In this document: positions 11,656 through 24,085 of the stretch, in pieces | Numbering within the stretch: the stretch's first letter is position 1 | How the letters are laid out: every line of letters starts with the position of its first letter | Assembly: GCA_024137785.1 (NCBI GenBank) | Contig: JAHRHZ010000079.1 | Location: 11,960,896 to 12,024,895, forward strand | Source of the DNA: Ginglymostoma cirratum | Lineage: Eukaryota | Direction: 5' to 3' | DNA length: 64,000 nt | Notes under the pieces: generated by a model | What the model was told of the DNA's origin: nothing | Database searches by the model: none | Seen by the model: only the letters and a program-made list of their open reading frames with translations | Made by a program: the position numbers and the translations under genes

Positions 11656-13561
11656 AGATTGTTGAGATCAGGCACAACCTCATGAATTGTCTCATCCCAA
11701 CAGCTCTGGCAATCATCTGCAAACTTATGGTCATCAGATATTAGTCCTCCATATTACTTGGGAAACTCCTGTGACTAGACCATTATAAATCAGGTTTTGA
11801 AAAGTACTTAGCACAGTGTGAAAAGTCATCTTATTCTGTATCTACACCATAGAAAGCATTCATGGTGAAGGGATTAGATATTTAAAGCAATACAAACTGT
11901 TGCACACGCAAAATCATTTGTTAATTTTATCAGACCCTTTGGCCAAACTGCTAACATTTTGGATACTCTGTAATAAAATCTCATTTCAACATACAAATTT
12001 TTAATACATTCCAACTGCATTGCTGTGTGCATCCTTTTTACATGGATGTTAATCCATTCAAAAGAAATGGTTTGTGACTGCTTGAAAAACAGTACATTAC
12101 ATATTCAGGTGAACTTTGTCAATTAAGACCTCTTTAAATCTGCTTCAGTGCTTATGCTTAATGTCTGTTCACATTGAAGAGCTTTTAAAATTAAAAAGCT
12201 TCATAAAGAAAGTGAAAATAAAATGGATTTAAGTTATAAAACATGAAAGGAATGTATAGTGATTGTAAGGTAAAAAATTAATTACAAAACTTCTATGCAC
12301 ACAGCTAACTGAAAGAATTTCATTCTGAAATATCACACTATTTATTTTAAACAAGTCAATGCCACATCCCCATTGTGTGGAAATAGTTTGATCGGTCTAT
12401 CTGAAGTAAATGATGATTAAGGGGTTCTGACCTTTCAGCAGACAATACCACTGACCCAGTTTAGGCCCCGATCAATCAGCCACTCACCAGATTAATAGAG
12501 ATGGTTAGAATCGATTCTTCTACCAAGTGTTCAAGCATCTGATAGGCTTCACTGGATTAATAGAATAGAAAATAAATTAATGGACAGGACGGGAATTTGC
12601 TCAATACTAGTGTTACTGTGGCATTTATCATATAGCACATTATCTATAAAAGAACAAGATCCACTGTTCCTGTACACTGATATTATGGTGCCTGTGAAGG
12701 AAAGCAAAATAAGTAGTTTGACTGTTTGAACATGCAGACATTACAAGTTTGAGATCTCTAGTTTATGTACACTAAACTTTGTCACTTCCCCTTTCCTTAT
12801 GCTTCCCAATGCTGTAATCTGCTCCATGCTTTCTTCATCCAGCAGATAAGGTGGACAGTCTGGGCTGCTAATGTCTATGTGGCTTTCATTAATGCTGCCC
12901 CATGATTAAGCTGTCAAAAAATCCATTGCTACAAGGCAGCTTTGCCATTTTCCTCCTACCCTGGAAGAGAAACATTTGACTTAATGAAAGGGTAGGGCAA
13001 AGAACTAGAATAGTTCTCCTGAAAAGGGGAAGCACACTCAAATAAGAACTTAAACTGAGATTCATTTTTACAGCTACGAAGCTGTCCTAGTTACTTCTAA
13101 TTTTGCAGGATTTTTCTGTCATTTTAAGCTTTTGTTGCTTGAATTTGGTATACGCTTGAGCGAAATATTGCACTGTCTATTTTCAAGGCTTTGTTATACC
13201 GAATGTTCTTTGCAGCTTCAAAATACATTTTTGTTCTATGACAACTGATCTTCTCTAAATTTCTAATGTTAATTATTATCAAATAGAATTATTAGAGTGT
13301 GTGGGATAAACTCCACCCTGCGTAAGGAGCTGAATGTATTCAGCCTGTTTCCAAATCACTAATGACTATTATCTCCTGGGAAATGGATGGGAATCTGTGG
13401 TCGTGCTTCCCACTTTGAGAAAGTAGCTTGCTTTCTTACAGTTATTGCATTATGGTCCAGCCAAGATCACATAATTCTTTAACCACGTTAAATATTTTTT
13501 TTGAAAGGGAATCATTTTTGATTCGAGAAGGAAGAATTGATCTGTCATAGCATAAGTAAGA

Positions 13562-13916
13562 TTTTATTCATTCACGGGTTGAGGGCATCACTGGCCAGGC
13601 TGCATTTATTGCCCATCCCTGATTGCCTGGATGGCAGTTATGAGTCAGCCACATTGCTGTTGGTCTGGAGTCACATGTAGGCCATGCCAGGTAAGGATGA
13701 CAGTTTCCTTCTCTAAAGGGCATTAGTGAACCAGATGGGTTTTTCCTGACAACCGGCAATGAGTTCACGGTCATCATTAGACTCATATCATTAGATATTT
13801 ATTGAATTCAAATTCCACCATCTGCCATGGCAGGATTTGAACCCAGGTCCCCAGAACACTACCTGAGGATCTGGATTAACAGTCCAGCAATAATACCACT
13901 AGGCCATTGCCTCCCC
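13562..13916 (-). mobile_element. Full-length tRNA-derived SINE, Meta-domain-like
   Basis: Minus-strand A box tggcctagtgg and B box ggttcaaatcc. Core cccatctggttcactaatgccctttagagaaggaaactgtcatccttacctggcatggcctacatgtgactccagacc. Confidence 0.8.
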
Positions 13917-13993
13917 ATGATTGTAATAAAACATATAAAGTGTTTGTACTGGTTCACTCCCACTGTGTAAAATGTAAATGCACTGTGCTAATA

Positions 13994-14610
13994 AGAACAT
14001 AAAAACTAGGAGCAGGAGTAGGCCTTCCAGCCCTTCGAGCCTGCTCCGCCATTCAACAAGATCATGGCTGATGTTTCGTGGACTCAGATCCACTTAACCG
14101 CGCTCTCACCCTATCCCTTAATTCCTTTATTGTTCAAAAAAAACTACCTTAGCTTTAAAAACATTTACTGAAGTAGCGTCAACTACTTCACTTGGCAAGG
14201 AATTCCATAGATTAACAACCCTCTGGCTGAAGAAGTTCCTTCTCAATTCAGTCCTAAATCTGCTCCGTCTAATCTTGAGGCTATGCCCTCTTGTCCTAGC
14301 TTCACCTGCCAGTGGAAACATCCTCTCTACTTCTATCATATCTGTTCCCTTCATAATTTTATATATTTCTATAAGATCCCCCCGCAATCTTCTGAATTCC
14401 AATGAATATAATCCCAATCTACTCAGTCTCTCCTCATAAGCCAAACCCCTCAACTCCGGAGGAGAGACTGAGTAGATTGGGATTATATTCATTGGAATTC
14501 AGAAGATTTTGGGAGGATCTTATAGAAACATATAAAATTATGAAGGGAACAGATAAGATAGAAGTAGAGAGGATGTTTCCACCGGCAGGTGAAGCTAGGA
14601 CAAGAGGGCA
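13994..14610 (-). mobile_element. Relatively young 5'-truncated CR1 with a fold-back inverted duplication
   Basis: ORF 14127-14492 reads LAYEERLSRLGLYSLEFRRLRGDLIE...RTRGHSLK...FFSQRVVNLWNSLP, the CR1 ORF2 C-terminus. The tail lies at ~13994. Bases 14459-14612 are the reverse complement of 14282-14435. Confidence 0.92.
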
Positions 14611-14953
14611 TAATATCACTGGATTAGTAATTCAGGAGTCCTTTGGGGCACGAGGGCTGCTTGGTGAAATTTAAATTCAGTTAATAAAATCTGAAATCTA
14701 TTCTCAGTAATGGTGACCATGAAACTGTCATCAATTCATACAAAAACCTATCTGATTCACTAATGTTGTTCGGGGAAGGAAATCTGTTCATCCCTGAGTG
14801 GCCTGGCCTACATGTGAGTCCAGACTCTCAGCAATGTGGCTGATTCCTAGTTGCACTCTGAAATGACCCAACAAGCCATTCAGGTCAAGGGTAGTTAGTG
14901 ATGAACAGCAAATGCTAGCCTTAACAGCAGTGTCCACATCACATGAAAGAATA
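14611..14953 (+). mobile_element. Older Meta-domain-like SINE whose head is split by the CR1 insertion
   Basis: taatatcactggattagtaattcagg...tctgattcactaatgttgttcggggaaggaaatctg...ggcctacatgtgagtccagac is homologous to 13562-13916, in opposite orientation. Confidence 0.75.
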
Positions 14954-14963
14954 TATTTTTAAG

Positions 14964-15882
14964 AAGTTTGCAGATGGCACCAAAATTGGAGGCATACTGG
15001 ACAGTGAAGAACATCACCTCACAGTACAACAGGATCTTGATCAGATGGGCAAATGGGCTGAGGAGTGGCAGATGGAGTTTAATTCAGATAAATGTGAAGG
15101 GCTGCATTTTAGAAAGGCAAATCAGGGCAGGATTTATACACTTAAAGGTAATGTCCTGGGGAGTGTTGCTGAATAAAGAGACCTTGGAGTGCAGGCTCAT
15201 AGTTCCTTGAAAGTGGAGTCGCAAGTAGGTAGGATAGTGGAGAAGGTGTTTGGTTTGATTGCCTTTATTGGTCAGTGCATTGAGTACAGGAGTAGGGATG
15301 TCATATAGTGGCTGCATGGGACATTGGTTAGGCCACTTTTGGAACCTGCATACAGTTCTGGTCTTCCTGCTATAGAAAGGATGTTGTGAAACTTGAAAGC
15401 ATACAAGGATATTACCAGGGTAGGGGGGGTGGTGGTTTGAGCTTTGGAGAGGGGCTGAATAGACTGGGGTTATTTTCCCTGGAGCATTGGAGGCTGAGGG
15501 GTGACCTTATAAAGGTTTATAAAATCATGAGGGGCATGGATAGGGTAAATAGGCCAGGTGATTTCCCTGGGGTGTGGGAGTCCAAAACTAGAAGGCATAG
15601 GGTTTAAGGTGAGAGGGGAAAGATTTAAAAGGGACCTAACGGGCAACTTTTTCCATGCAAAGGGTGGTGCATGTATGGCATGAGCTGCCAGAAAGGGTGG
15701 TGGAGGCTGGTACAATTACAACATTTAAAAGGCATGTGGATGGATATGTGAATAGAGTTTAGAGGGATTTGGGACAAATGCTGGCAAATGGGACTAGATT
15801 TATTTAGGTTATCTAGTCGGCACGGACAAGGTGGACTGAAGGGTCTGTTTCCATGCTGTGCAATTCTATGATTCTAGATTCT
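14964..15882 (+). mobile_element. CR1/HER1 LINE, 5'-truncated
   Basis: KFADGTKIGG...QQDLDQMGKWAEEWQMEFNSDKC..., then LNRLGLFSLEHWRLRGDLIKVYKIM, then a tctatgattcta tail. Confidence 0.92.
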
Positions 15883-17059
15883 GAACTTTCAAACATGGCT
15901 TGTGTCTGGACAGAGCATTTTAAAGCATTGAAAATACTGGCAACGTGTTGTTGGTTATGGTGAGACAATTTGAGGTGAAATCATGGAGGTATTTCATGAA
16001 ATATTGAAATATTTCAACACATCTTGAGATTTTTCAGACAGCACATTGTCACTTGGTTGATTAAGATATGGGTATCAATACAGTCAAATGCTATTCTTAT
16101 TATGTTGGCAATATACCAGTACTAAACTGCTGATGAAAAGATCTGTTACTTTATTTTACTGTGTGCTTTGACTTAACTTCTGTTCATTAAATGAATCCCA
16201 GCTTGGTGCAGTAATACTACCTACAATTCACAAAATGTGCACGTCATAGGATGATAACAGTTTACTTTATTCTTCCACATTCCATTTTCTTAGCTATTTC
16301 CATTAAACCTTCCACTTTCAGATGGCCTAGCATCTTTTTTGGGTTCTGAATTAAATTTCCTTCCACATGTCATTCCATGAATGGGAGGTCAAGACATTCA
16401 AAAAGATTGCCAAAGGCACAAATGCTCTGAAGATGTACACAAAATCGACCTTCTCACTAATTTCATCATTCTTCATCACTCACCTTGTGAGTACAACCCT
16501 GGCTTACGTTTACAAACCTTCGCTATGGCTAAAGCAGATAGAAACCCAGAAATTCATGGGGCAATGTGTTGGAGCTTGAACAGTACACACCATCTCACTT
16601 CTCTCAAGCCCCTTTCAGCCCAGCAAACAATTACAGTGACATATATATATTTAGTATAAAGAAAAATTCTAGTAGTTCTTAAAGAAGTTACCAAGCTTAA
16701 GGAAAAAGCATGGGCTGAATCTTACATTTTTTTTGGCTACATATAAGTTGCATTCAGTTTTTTTTTGAAGGGTTTTTACCAAGAGCTTGAGCAAGTTTTT
16801 TTCCATAATTTCTTACTAAACTCACCTTATTAACCAGCTATCCCAATGCTACAGCATCTGTTACAGCCAAATAGAACCCTATCTTACCATGCATTGTTTT
16901 TGGAATGACTCGCTAATAATGGGATATCCCAGAATTAACTGGCATCTCTTGGGGTGCACGCCATCTTTAAAAGCTTGCCATGGACCGGGACAAGTGCTGT
17001 TAGTCTGGTGTTGCCCTGCACGGTTCCTGATTTGTTCCCTGGACATGGCAGACTGGAGC

Positions 17060-17250
17060 TAATCATCACTCCATGTTGCGGGCAGAGACCTGGATCTCCT
17101 GCTGGACAAAGTAGTGCCTGGGCAGGAGATCCTCTTTCCCCATGAACAGCAGTGGAAGCTGCAACACCAGACCATGCCAGTTTCAGGCTGCCATGTGGAT
17201 TAAAGCAGCCTCATGTCTGGAGGAACACCCCACAGTGGATTAAAAGTGGC
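17060..17250 (+). mobile_element. PIF/Harbinger Myb/SANT-like accessory gene remnant
   Basis: An unlisted frame reads DLDLLLDKVVPGQEILFPHEQQWKLQHQTMP, followed by VWRNTPQW. This resembles the N-terminus of Harbinger Myb/SANT (MSANTD-like) proteins. Confidence 0.5.
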
Positions 17251-18756
17251 CAGTCTGTTTGCTCACTTTATTTGGCACTTTGGACTGTGAAGACAATTAG
17301 TTCAGTGACGTCGTCAGGAAATATCAATGTGCTTCAGTCATCATGGGGTATGAGGGCATGGTTCAGGGAGAAATATACTAGGACCAGGCATGCAGGGATT
17401 CATTGACGTTACTAACGGCTGCATGAAAAAAACAGATGTCCTCGGTAAGGAACAGCTGGCTAGAAATGAATAGGTAGCCAACAATTGTAAGAGTTGCAAA
17501 AGGAGAGCATCCTTTTAAACCCACACACTGTTTATATGGCAAAACAAGAAAATATAAGTGAAAATAATAACAAATAAAAACTCTAATGGCTCCAGTAATC
17601 CTTATGTTTAGGGTCTGCTTCAGATCAAATCCTATGTTTGTTTGTCTCTGGATTGACAGTATTGGAAATTTCCAGTTTTAATTTCCAGTTATTGATTAAA
17701 GGAGAGGCAGTGGAGTAAAATGTGAATGGATTTCAAATCATCTGTCTTGTAAATAGCTCATTACTATATATAATGTATTTAGAGACTTTTACTTTCTTTA
17801 AAAAAATACAATAAATATTCCAAGGACCGTGGATTTCTCACACCCATGACAGGACATTTTGAATGCCTCAACACTAACTAATTATCTCAAGACAGTTTTC
17901 TGAATTGTACATTATATTGAGTTAATCAGACCCTGAACAACAGTGCATTAAAATGCATCAAACTGTGTTTCTATAATGAGGAACACATTTTAATTCTATA
18001 ACATTAATACATATTGAAGAAAGCTTCCTTTAAGACCTCTTTCACCTTGTTGGCAGAACAGAAAGGCTAATCATTCACTTGTTACCTCTATTTTACAGCT
18101 TCACTCAATGCAGCATTCTTTCAATACTGTACTTTAAATTATTGGCCAGGGTTTCTGAGGAGTGACAGTATCACGCAGAACACCAGTCCATCCCGTTTCT
18201 AATGAATCGGCATTGCGGACGAGAGATTCTGATCAGGGGTCCTTCAAGAATGCAGAGCTGCACTTCCATTCTGCCAGTTCTTTGAGAGTGCTGAATTGTC
18301 AGAGGAAGGCTAACCATGCTCCCTTTCACACCAGTCAGTTGCGTATTCTGAAATTTAGAGATCTTGACAGCCACTTTGACGGCTGCTGTCAGATGATAAG
18401 GGCAGAAGTGAAATGCTAGGCTGGTGGAAGGGTAGGGTGCCAGATGGATAGGGGTTATGATACCAGTGGGTAGGGTGCATGGTAAATAGTGTGTCAGTTG
18501 AATGGAGGTTAATGGGCCATGGGTAAAATGCCAGCTGGGTAGGGGTTAGGTACTAAGGTCAGTAGGGTGCCAAGTGCAAAAGGGGTAGGGAGCCAAGTGG
18601 GTAAATTGCCAGGGTGCATGGTGGCAAGCTGACTAGAAGAAGCAGTGTTGAGGGTAGGTCAGGGAGGAAGGAAGAAATCAGGTTCGTCAACAGCGGCAGG
18701 AAGGATAAGTGTCAAAAACTGTGGAGAAGTGGGGGAGTGGGTTTAGCAGCCAGAGA

Positions 18757-19035
18757 GACATAGAAACATGGAAAATAGGAGCAGGAGTTGGCCATTCCAT
18801 TTTTTGGCATTGCTACTCCATTCAATATGATCACAGCTGACTATCTAACTCAGTCCCCAGTTCTTGCATTCTCCGCACACACTTTGATCCTTTTAGCCCT
18901 AAGAACTATATCTAACTCTTTCTTGAAAACTTAGAATGTTTTGACCTCAGCTGCTTTCTGTGGCAGAGAATTCAACAGGCCCGCCATTCCCTGGGTGAAG
19001 AAATTTCTCTCCAGCTCCATCCTAACTGGCTGACC
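18757..19035 (-). mobile_element. CR1 LINE 3' end (decayed)
   Basis: catagaaacatggaaaataggagcaggagttggccattc...ggcagagaattcaacagg...ctgggtgaagaaatttctc, the reverse complement of the CR1 tail and FFTQRV region. Confidence 0.85.
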
Positions 19036-20739
19036 CCTGTATTCTTAGCCTGTAACACTGTAAGCCTGATTGTTGAAGCAGGGAAAGGGAGGAACATATT
19101 CAATGGCCCAGGAAAGGAATTTGAGTGGGGAGCTGGGGGAGGGTGGATTAGGTCTGGTGTTGGGGTTAGGGACATCCCTTACAGAGGTCACGGGTTGGGG
19201 GGGATGCAGGAAGGGAGGTCTCAGAACCAGGAATGAATACTGGTGTTATCGGGTGTGGAGCAGAGCAAAGGGCTCCCAGTTGTCAGGAAGTGTCAGATCA
19301 GGATCTGGGGGGTGTAAATGGTCACGAGTAGGTGTCATTGGGAGGTGGGTGAAGTAAATATGGGGTCATTTGAAAGGTATACTGGAGTTGGACTATGTAC
19401 TTAATAGACTAACTTTTCTTGCGAAACCGTTTACTTAATTACTTCATATTTGCTTAATTTCTTTGATTTAAATTGAGACTTTCAGAGGATTTCAAGCATA
19501 GAGGAATTACCCAGCAGAGTCTTTGACTTCCCAGGCAATTCTTTCAGAGTCTGCTGTGATGAGGATTCTGTGGGGCCTCCATGCATAACCCTCATCTGCA
19601 CTGGAACAACAACTGTCCAGCTGGTGGAAAGGAGGCCCATGTAATCAGTCTTCTCATTGCACTAATGAAGAAAAACAAAGATAATGAATGCATATGTTTA
19701 ATTGCAAAACTAATTTTCACCCAGGAAAACAAAATAGCTGTGTTACATGGAATCCAGGAATAACAGAGGGGGGAGCCTCAGCAGCAAAGAATTGAGAAGC
19801 CCTGTGTAGGAGGCACTTGTACTTTTACTGATATTTCCCTGCCTGTGGAGTCCTCCCAGTTTACAGGAGAGCACTCAGATGATGTCTGCTGTGCAAGCAG
19901 CAGCAAGATGCTCCATAAGCAATCCCACAGATCAGCATCCTTCCCTGTCCTAGATGCTAAATGGGAAGCATCCAAGCTGGGACAATTCAGTGCCAGCTGA
20001 GTACACATCATTATGCTCATCATAGTTGTGTAACTGCTGAGGTTAGCCTGTTCTTAAAGAGGGATCATCAAGATGAAAGATTTAAAAATATGAATTTTTA
20101 CCAATCTTACTTTTCCGTCCTGTTTTAAAACATTAAAGTCAATAGAATAAATGCAATATTTCACCATAGCAGTGTATTTTATTCATGAGAAAGATCTTCA
20201 TAATTCATGATTGCCAAAGGCAAGTAAGTTATGGATCTTTTATGCTCGGCAGATAAAGCGAGTGATTCACCAATACCAGTCCAATATCCTAAAATAAATA
20301 GGCATATGATTGGAGGCAAATTACTGCTGGTTACATACAGTGAAACATTTATGTCTTGTTAGGACGGCTAACATTGAGATGTGTGTGTACGTGTGCTCCT
20401 GCTTTTCTCCAGTCTCTTTATACTGAAGTTAAACAATTGCTGCCTGCATTCAGTTGCGTGCCCAGCAGCAAGGTGGTTTTGTTTCTGTACCTATTTCACA
20501 TTGTAAACAAAAGTGATAACAGCAAAGATTCACTTTGCTCTGCAACTTTTTAAAACAAATAGATTGGATCCTGTATTTGTTTCTGTTATATTGAATGTTC
20601 AATCATTAGCTTTAACATTTGGTGCTATCCTATTGCATTGGTATTAAAGCTGGTCTTTCATGAACACACGGGAGCCATCCTTTCTCACTCGAGTATTTCA
20701 TTCCTTCGAGCATGTTATGCTAAGAACTAGCCTTTATTG

Positions 20740-21630
20740 GATAGTAAGATGCCTTGAAACCCATTTGGAGAAGTAAAGGAAAATGATTTAGGAGAGATCA
20801 GGAAAGGAAAGATAGACTTGTACAGCATAGCTGCAACATTCAAGAAAAGCTGAGGAGAGGGCTTAAGTCATCTCAGGATAAGAAAAGTCACTAAAAAGAT
20901 CTTTAAAAAATGAGCACTGCTGTAGGTGAGCTCAGGAGACATTAAGATCTAAGTCACCTTCGAAGTAACACATTAATAGGATTGCTTAGAACTGGGTTGG
21001 TAAAGACAATGGCAGCAATTTAACTGTTAAACTTTGAGCCTATTGTTAAGGAGTAATCTGGATAGTGTGGATGGCCTTGAAAAGGAATCTTGTGGACTAC
21101 AAGGTGTTGACCATGAAAACCATGCAGGTGACTTTTTTTTGTGAAGAGAACTTTTCTTCGAATCAATGACAATTCAAATGGGGACTGCATAATTCCATAC
21201 CAAACATGCTCAACATTTTGTATGCAACAAGACTCCTTTTCAAGGCCGTCCGGTACTTTCTTCCTCACGTCACTGCACTATCCAGATCACCCGTTATCAA
21301 TCAGCTCTCATGATAGCAGTTACATTGCTGCTATTGTCTTTACTAAGTCAATCCTAAACAATGGCATTAACGGTTTGCTTCAAAGGCAAGTTGCATCTCT
21401 TTCTGTCTCCCCCTGGGCTCACCTACAGCAGTGCTCATCTTCATAAATCCAGTTAAATGATCCGTTTTTTTCTCCCCCGGGGTGACTTAAGCCCTTTTCT
21501 CAGCTTTCTCTGACTGTTGCAAGTGTGTCCGATGCTGTGCAAGTCTATCTTTTGTTTTCTGACTTCTCCAAAATCTTTTCTTCATTCTTTTCAATGTGGC
21601 GTTCTTTCTGTGGCCTGTCTTTAGCCTAAA
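20740..21630. repeat. Long diverged inverted repeat (palindrome) centred near 21151
   Basis: Matching blocks include atgagcactgctgtaggtgagc (20910) vs gctcacctacagcagtgctcat (21417), agggcttaagtca vs tgacttaagccct, and ggccttgaaaagga vs tccttttcaaggcc. Block order is mirror-symmetric. Confidence 0.9.
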
Positions 21631-21634
21631 AACA

Positions 21635-21757
21635 AGAATCATAACAGTCTCAAAACTCTGTTTCTCTCTCCACTGATGCCACCAGACCGGCTGAGTTTCT
21701 CCAGCATTTTCTGTTTTTATTTCAGATCTCCAGCTTCTGCATTATTTTGCTTTTATT
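21635..21757 (+). mobile_element. Short PLE terminal fragment
   Basis: tctctccactgatgccaccagaccggctgagtttctccagcattttctgtttttatttcagatctccagc. Confidence 0.7.
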
Positions 21758-23714
21758 AGATTTTTGTACTTCCTCCTTACCATTTTTTCCCCTGTTTCCC
21801 ACCTGACTGTCAGTTGGATTTACAAGCTGGCTTGCCAAATGAGGCTACGGCCAAAGGACCCAGGAAAATGTTGTAGGTTTGTTGTGACTGAGGTCGATGT
21901 GAGGAGGCTTTGGAGGAGAAATATGAACAGGAAATGGAGAAACATAGCAGAGTTGGTGATACCAGGGGAGGGTTGACATTGACAGTTGGAAGGAACAGAG
22001 AACTGTGAAACATCTCATGATAAGTGATAGGAGATGCCTCCCAGCAATTCTAGTGGGGTGGATGAGAAACAGTGGGAGGTGGTGAATGGTGTTAGACCCA
22101 AAATTGTGGGGAAATGAGAATTATGAAATATTGCATGGTTGTGCGGAGTTGGATAGGCAAATGGGAGAGAACGGGAAGGCATGAAACATTGTGGACTGGT
22201 AGGATATGGGACAGGAAGGGGAATGATCACAGGAGAGAGGGCAGGAGGAACACTGGCACTCTTCCTTGTTCACAAACAGTTCAATAAAAAGTACTTAATC
22301 TTGTGTTATGTCTCTCATCTGCAATATATCTTTAAGGGACATACTTGTGATCTCATCATCGGATCAAGGCTTGAGACCTGATGATACAAAGGTTTCAGTT
22401 TCCATCTTACTGAGTTCACTTCAAGCATGACATGCTGAGGGAAACATGCTATAGCTGATATCCGAATTGCTTAGTTTTAGCTAAGATGTTCAAGGTCCTG
22501 TGATTGTAATGAATGTCAATACCAGGAGCTATCATGAAATTCTATTGAACCCTTCAATATTACACAACCTACATCTCATTCCTCTCCTCTGGGACCTCAT
22601 GTAAGCAATACCTGATCAGGTACAAATTCCCTGCTGATGGTAAAAGTCCCCACACCTGTGACAAATTGTGATGGCAGAACAGATCTTAGTTAGTAGCAAT
22701 GGGCATTTATAAAGAAATGGCCCTCAGATTCCCAAATAGCACATCATCTATTTACTTAATCCAGCTTCTAAAGACTCACTGTAACTGTTAAGTTTTTGCA
22801 GAATCTATTTGAATCGTTTGGAAAAGGTTACAAACAGCAACTCATCTGACAGGCCCATTCTTCAAGCAAGTTGTTTGGAAATGCATCGGGGTTGATGCAG
22901 AAGCAGGTTCACTCATGGCAGTTTGGGGTGGGCTTTGCAAATTTAGGGATTCAACCCATATCCTCCCTGGCCCTCACTCACTTGTTATAGAACTAGGGAT
23001 AAAATTACCACCAATAACCATTATTGGCAGAATAAGGAAGGTTTGTTGGCTGGAGCAATGACAGATCTAAGGAATCATGATTATTAATTTATTAATACAT
23101 TGAATTCTTTCAGAACCAAATGATTGCTAAGTATGTCATGCTGAAAATATCAGACCTGAAATTTGTAATAAGTACCCATACTGAGTTGACATACAGATGA
23201 ATTATGAACATAAAATTAAACGATTTATTTGAAAACATAAATATCTGATATTCAAATGCATTATTTGATTTAATAAATGACAAAGCATACATACAGAATG
23301 GAAAGCCACATATTGTAAGTGTACAGCTCCATCTTCCAATGTTCCATTGTGCATTAACAATGCATTTTGCACATTTTATCAAAAAGATTCTATGCCATTA
23401 TGCTGGCAGTTTGACAGGTTCACATAATTTGTCCAGGAGCCACAAAAGAATGCAGATAGCTTTATATAAATACAGATACATACACATATATCGAAATCTC
23501 AATGTAATACACTTTGGATAGATGTATAGCACCTTATAGCTGTTATTCTAATTTGTAATGTGAATTGTGGGAATTGTGGGAAATGTGTGAATTGATTTCT
23601 GTCAATTCCGTAGAAAGCACATAAAACACACGTTTGTAATGTTAGGTAAGTACTTGCATCCCTGAAGTAAACCTTTGCAATATGAATTGACTGCATTTTA
23701 CACCTGAGTGGTAA

Positions 23715-24085
23715 GAAAGAATGCATTTCATATCCTACGGCCAAAGTGCTTCACAAGCAGCAAATTACTTTGGAAGACTAGTCACTCTCAGTTTGTAGAT
23801 AAACATGGCAGTCAATTTGTGCACAGCAAGGTCCCACAACTTCCAATGAGATACACAATCAACCTATTCTAATGGTAGCGCTTGATGGAGGATTAATGTC
23901 CAAGACACTGAGACTTCATTTTGTTTCTTCCAGGAAGTGTTGTGCTTTTACATACAGCTGGGTCCTAGTTCAATGTCTCATCTGACAATGCAATGGTCAC
24001 TTGCAATATCATGTGTCAGGTTAACCTTATGTCATGAACAGCTAGAGAGGGGCTTGATCCAGTGAACTTCCGATTGAGCTGATGT
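23715..24085 (-). mobile_element. Old DeuSINE (SacSINE1-like)
   Basis: ccaaagtgcttcaca...tagtcact...aaacatggcagtcaatttgtgcacagcaaggtcccaca...aatgtctcatctga resembles the reverse complement of the Deu domain plus an L2-type tail. Confidence 0.6.

Noticed and set aside
21000-21025. KDNGSN peptide in the palindrome arm resembling hAT TDNxSN or Penelope DKGN motifs
   Set aside because: Only 4-5 residues match, flanked by stops in both arms, which is insufficient to assign a family.
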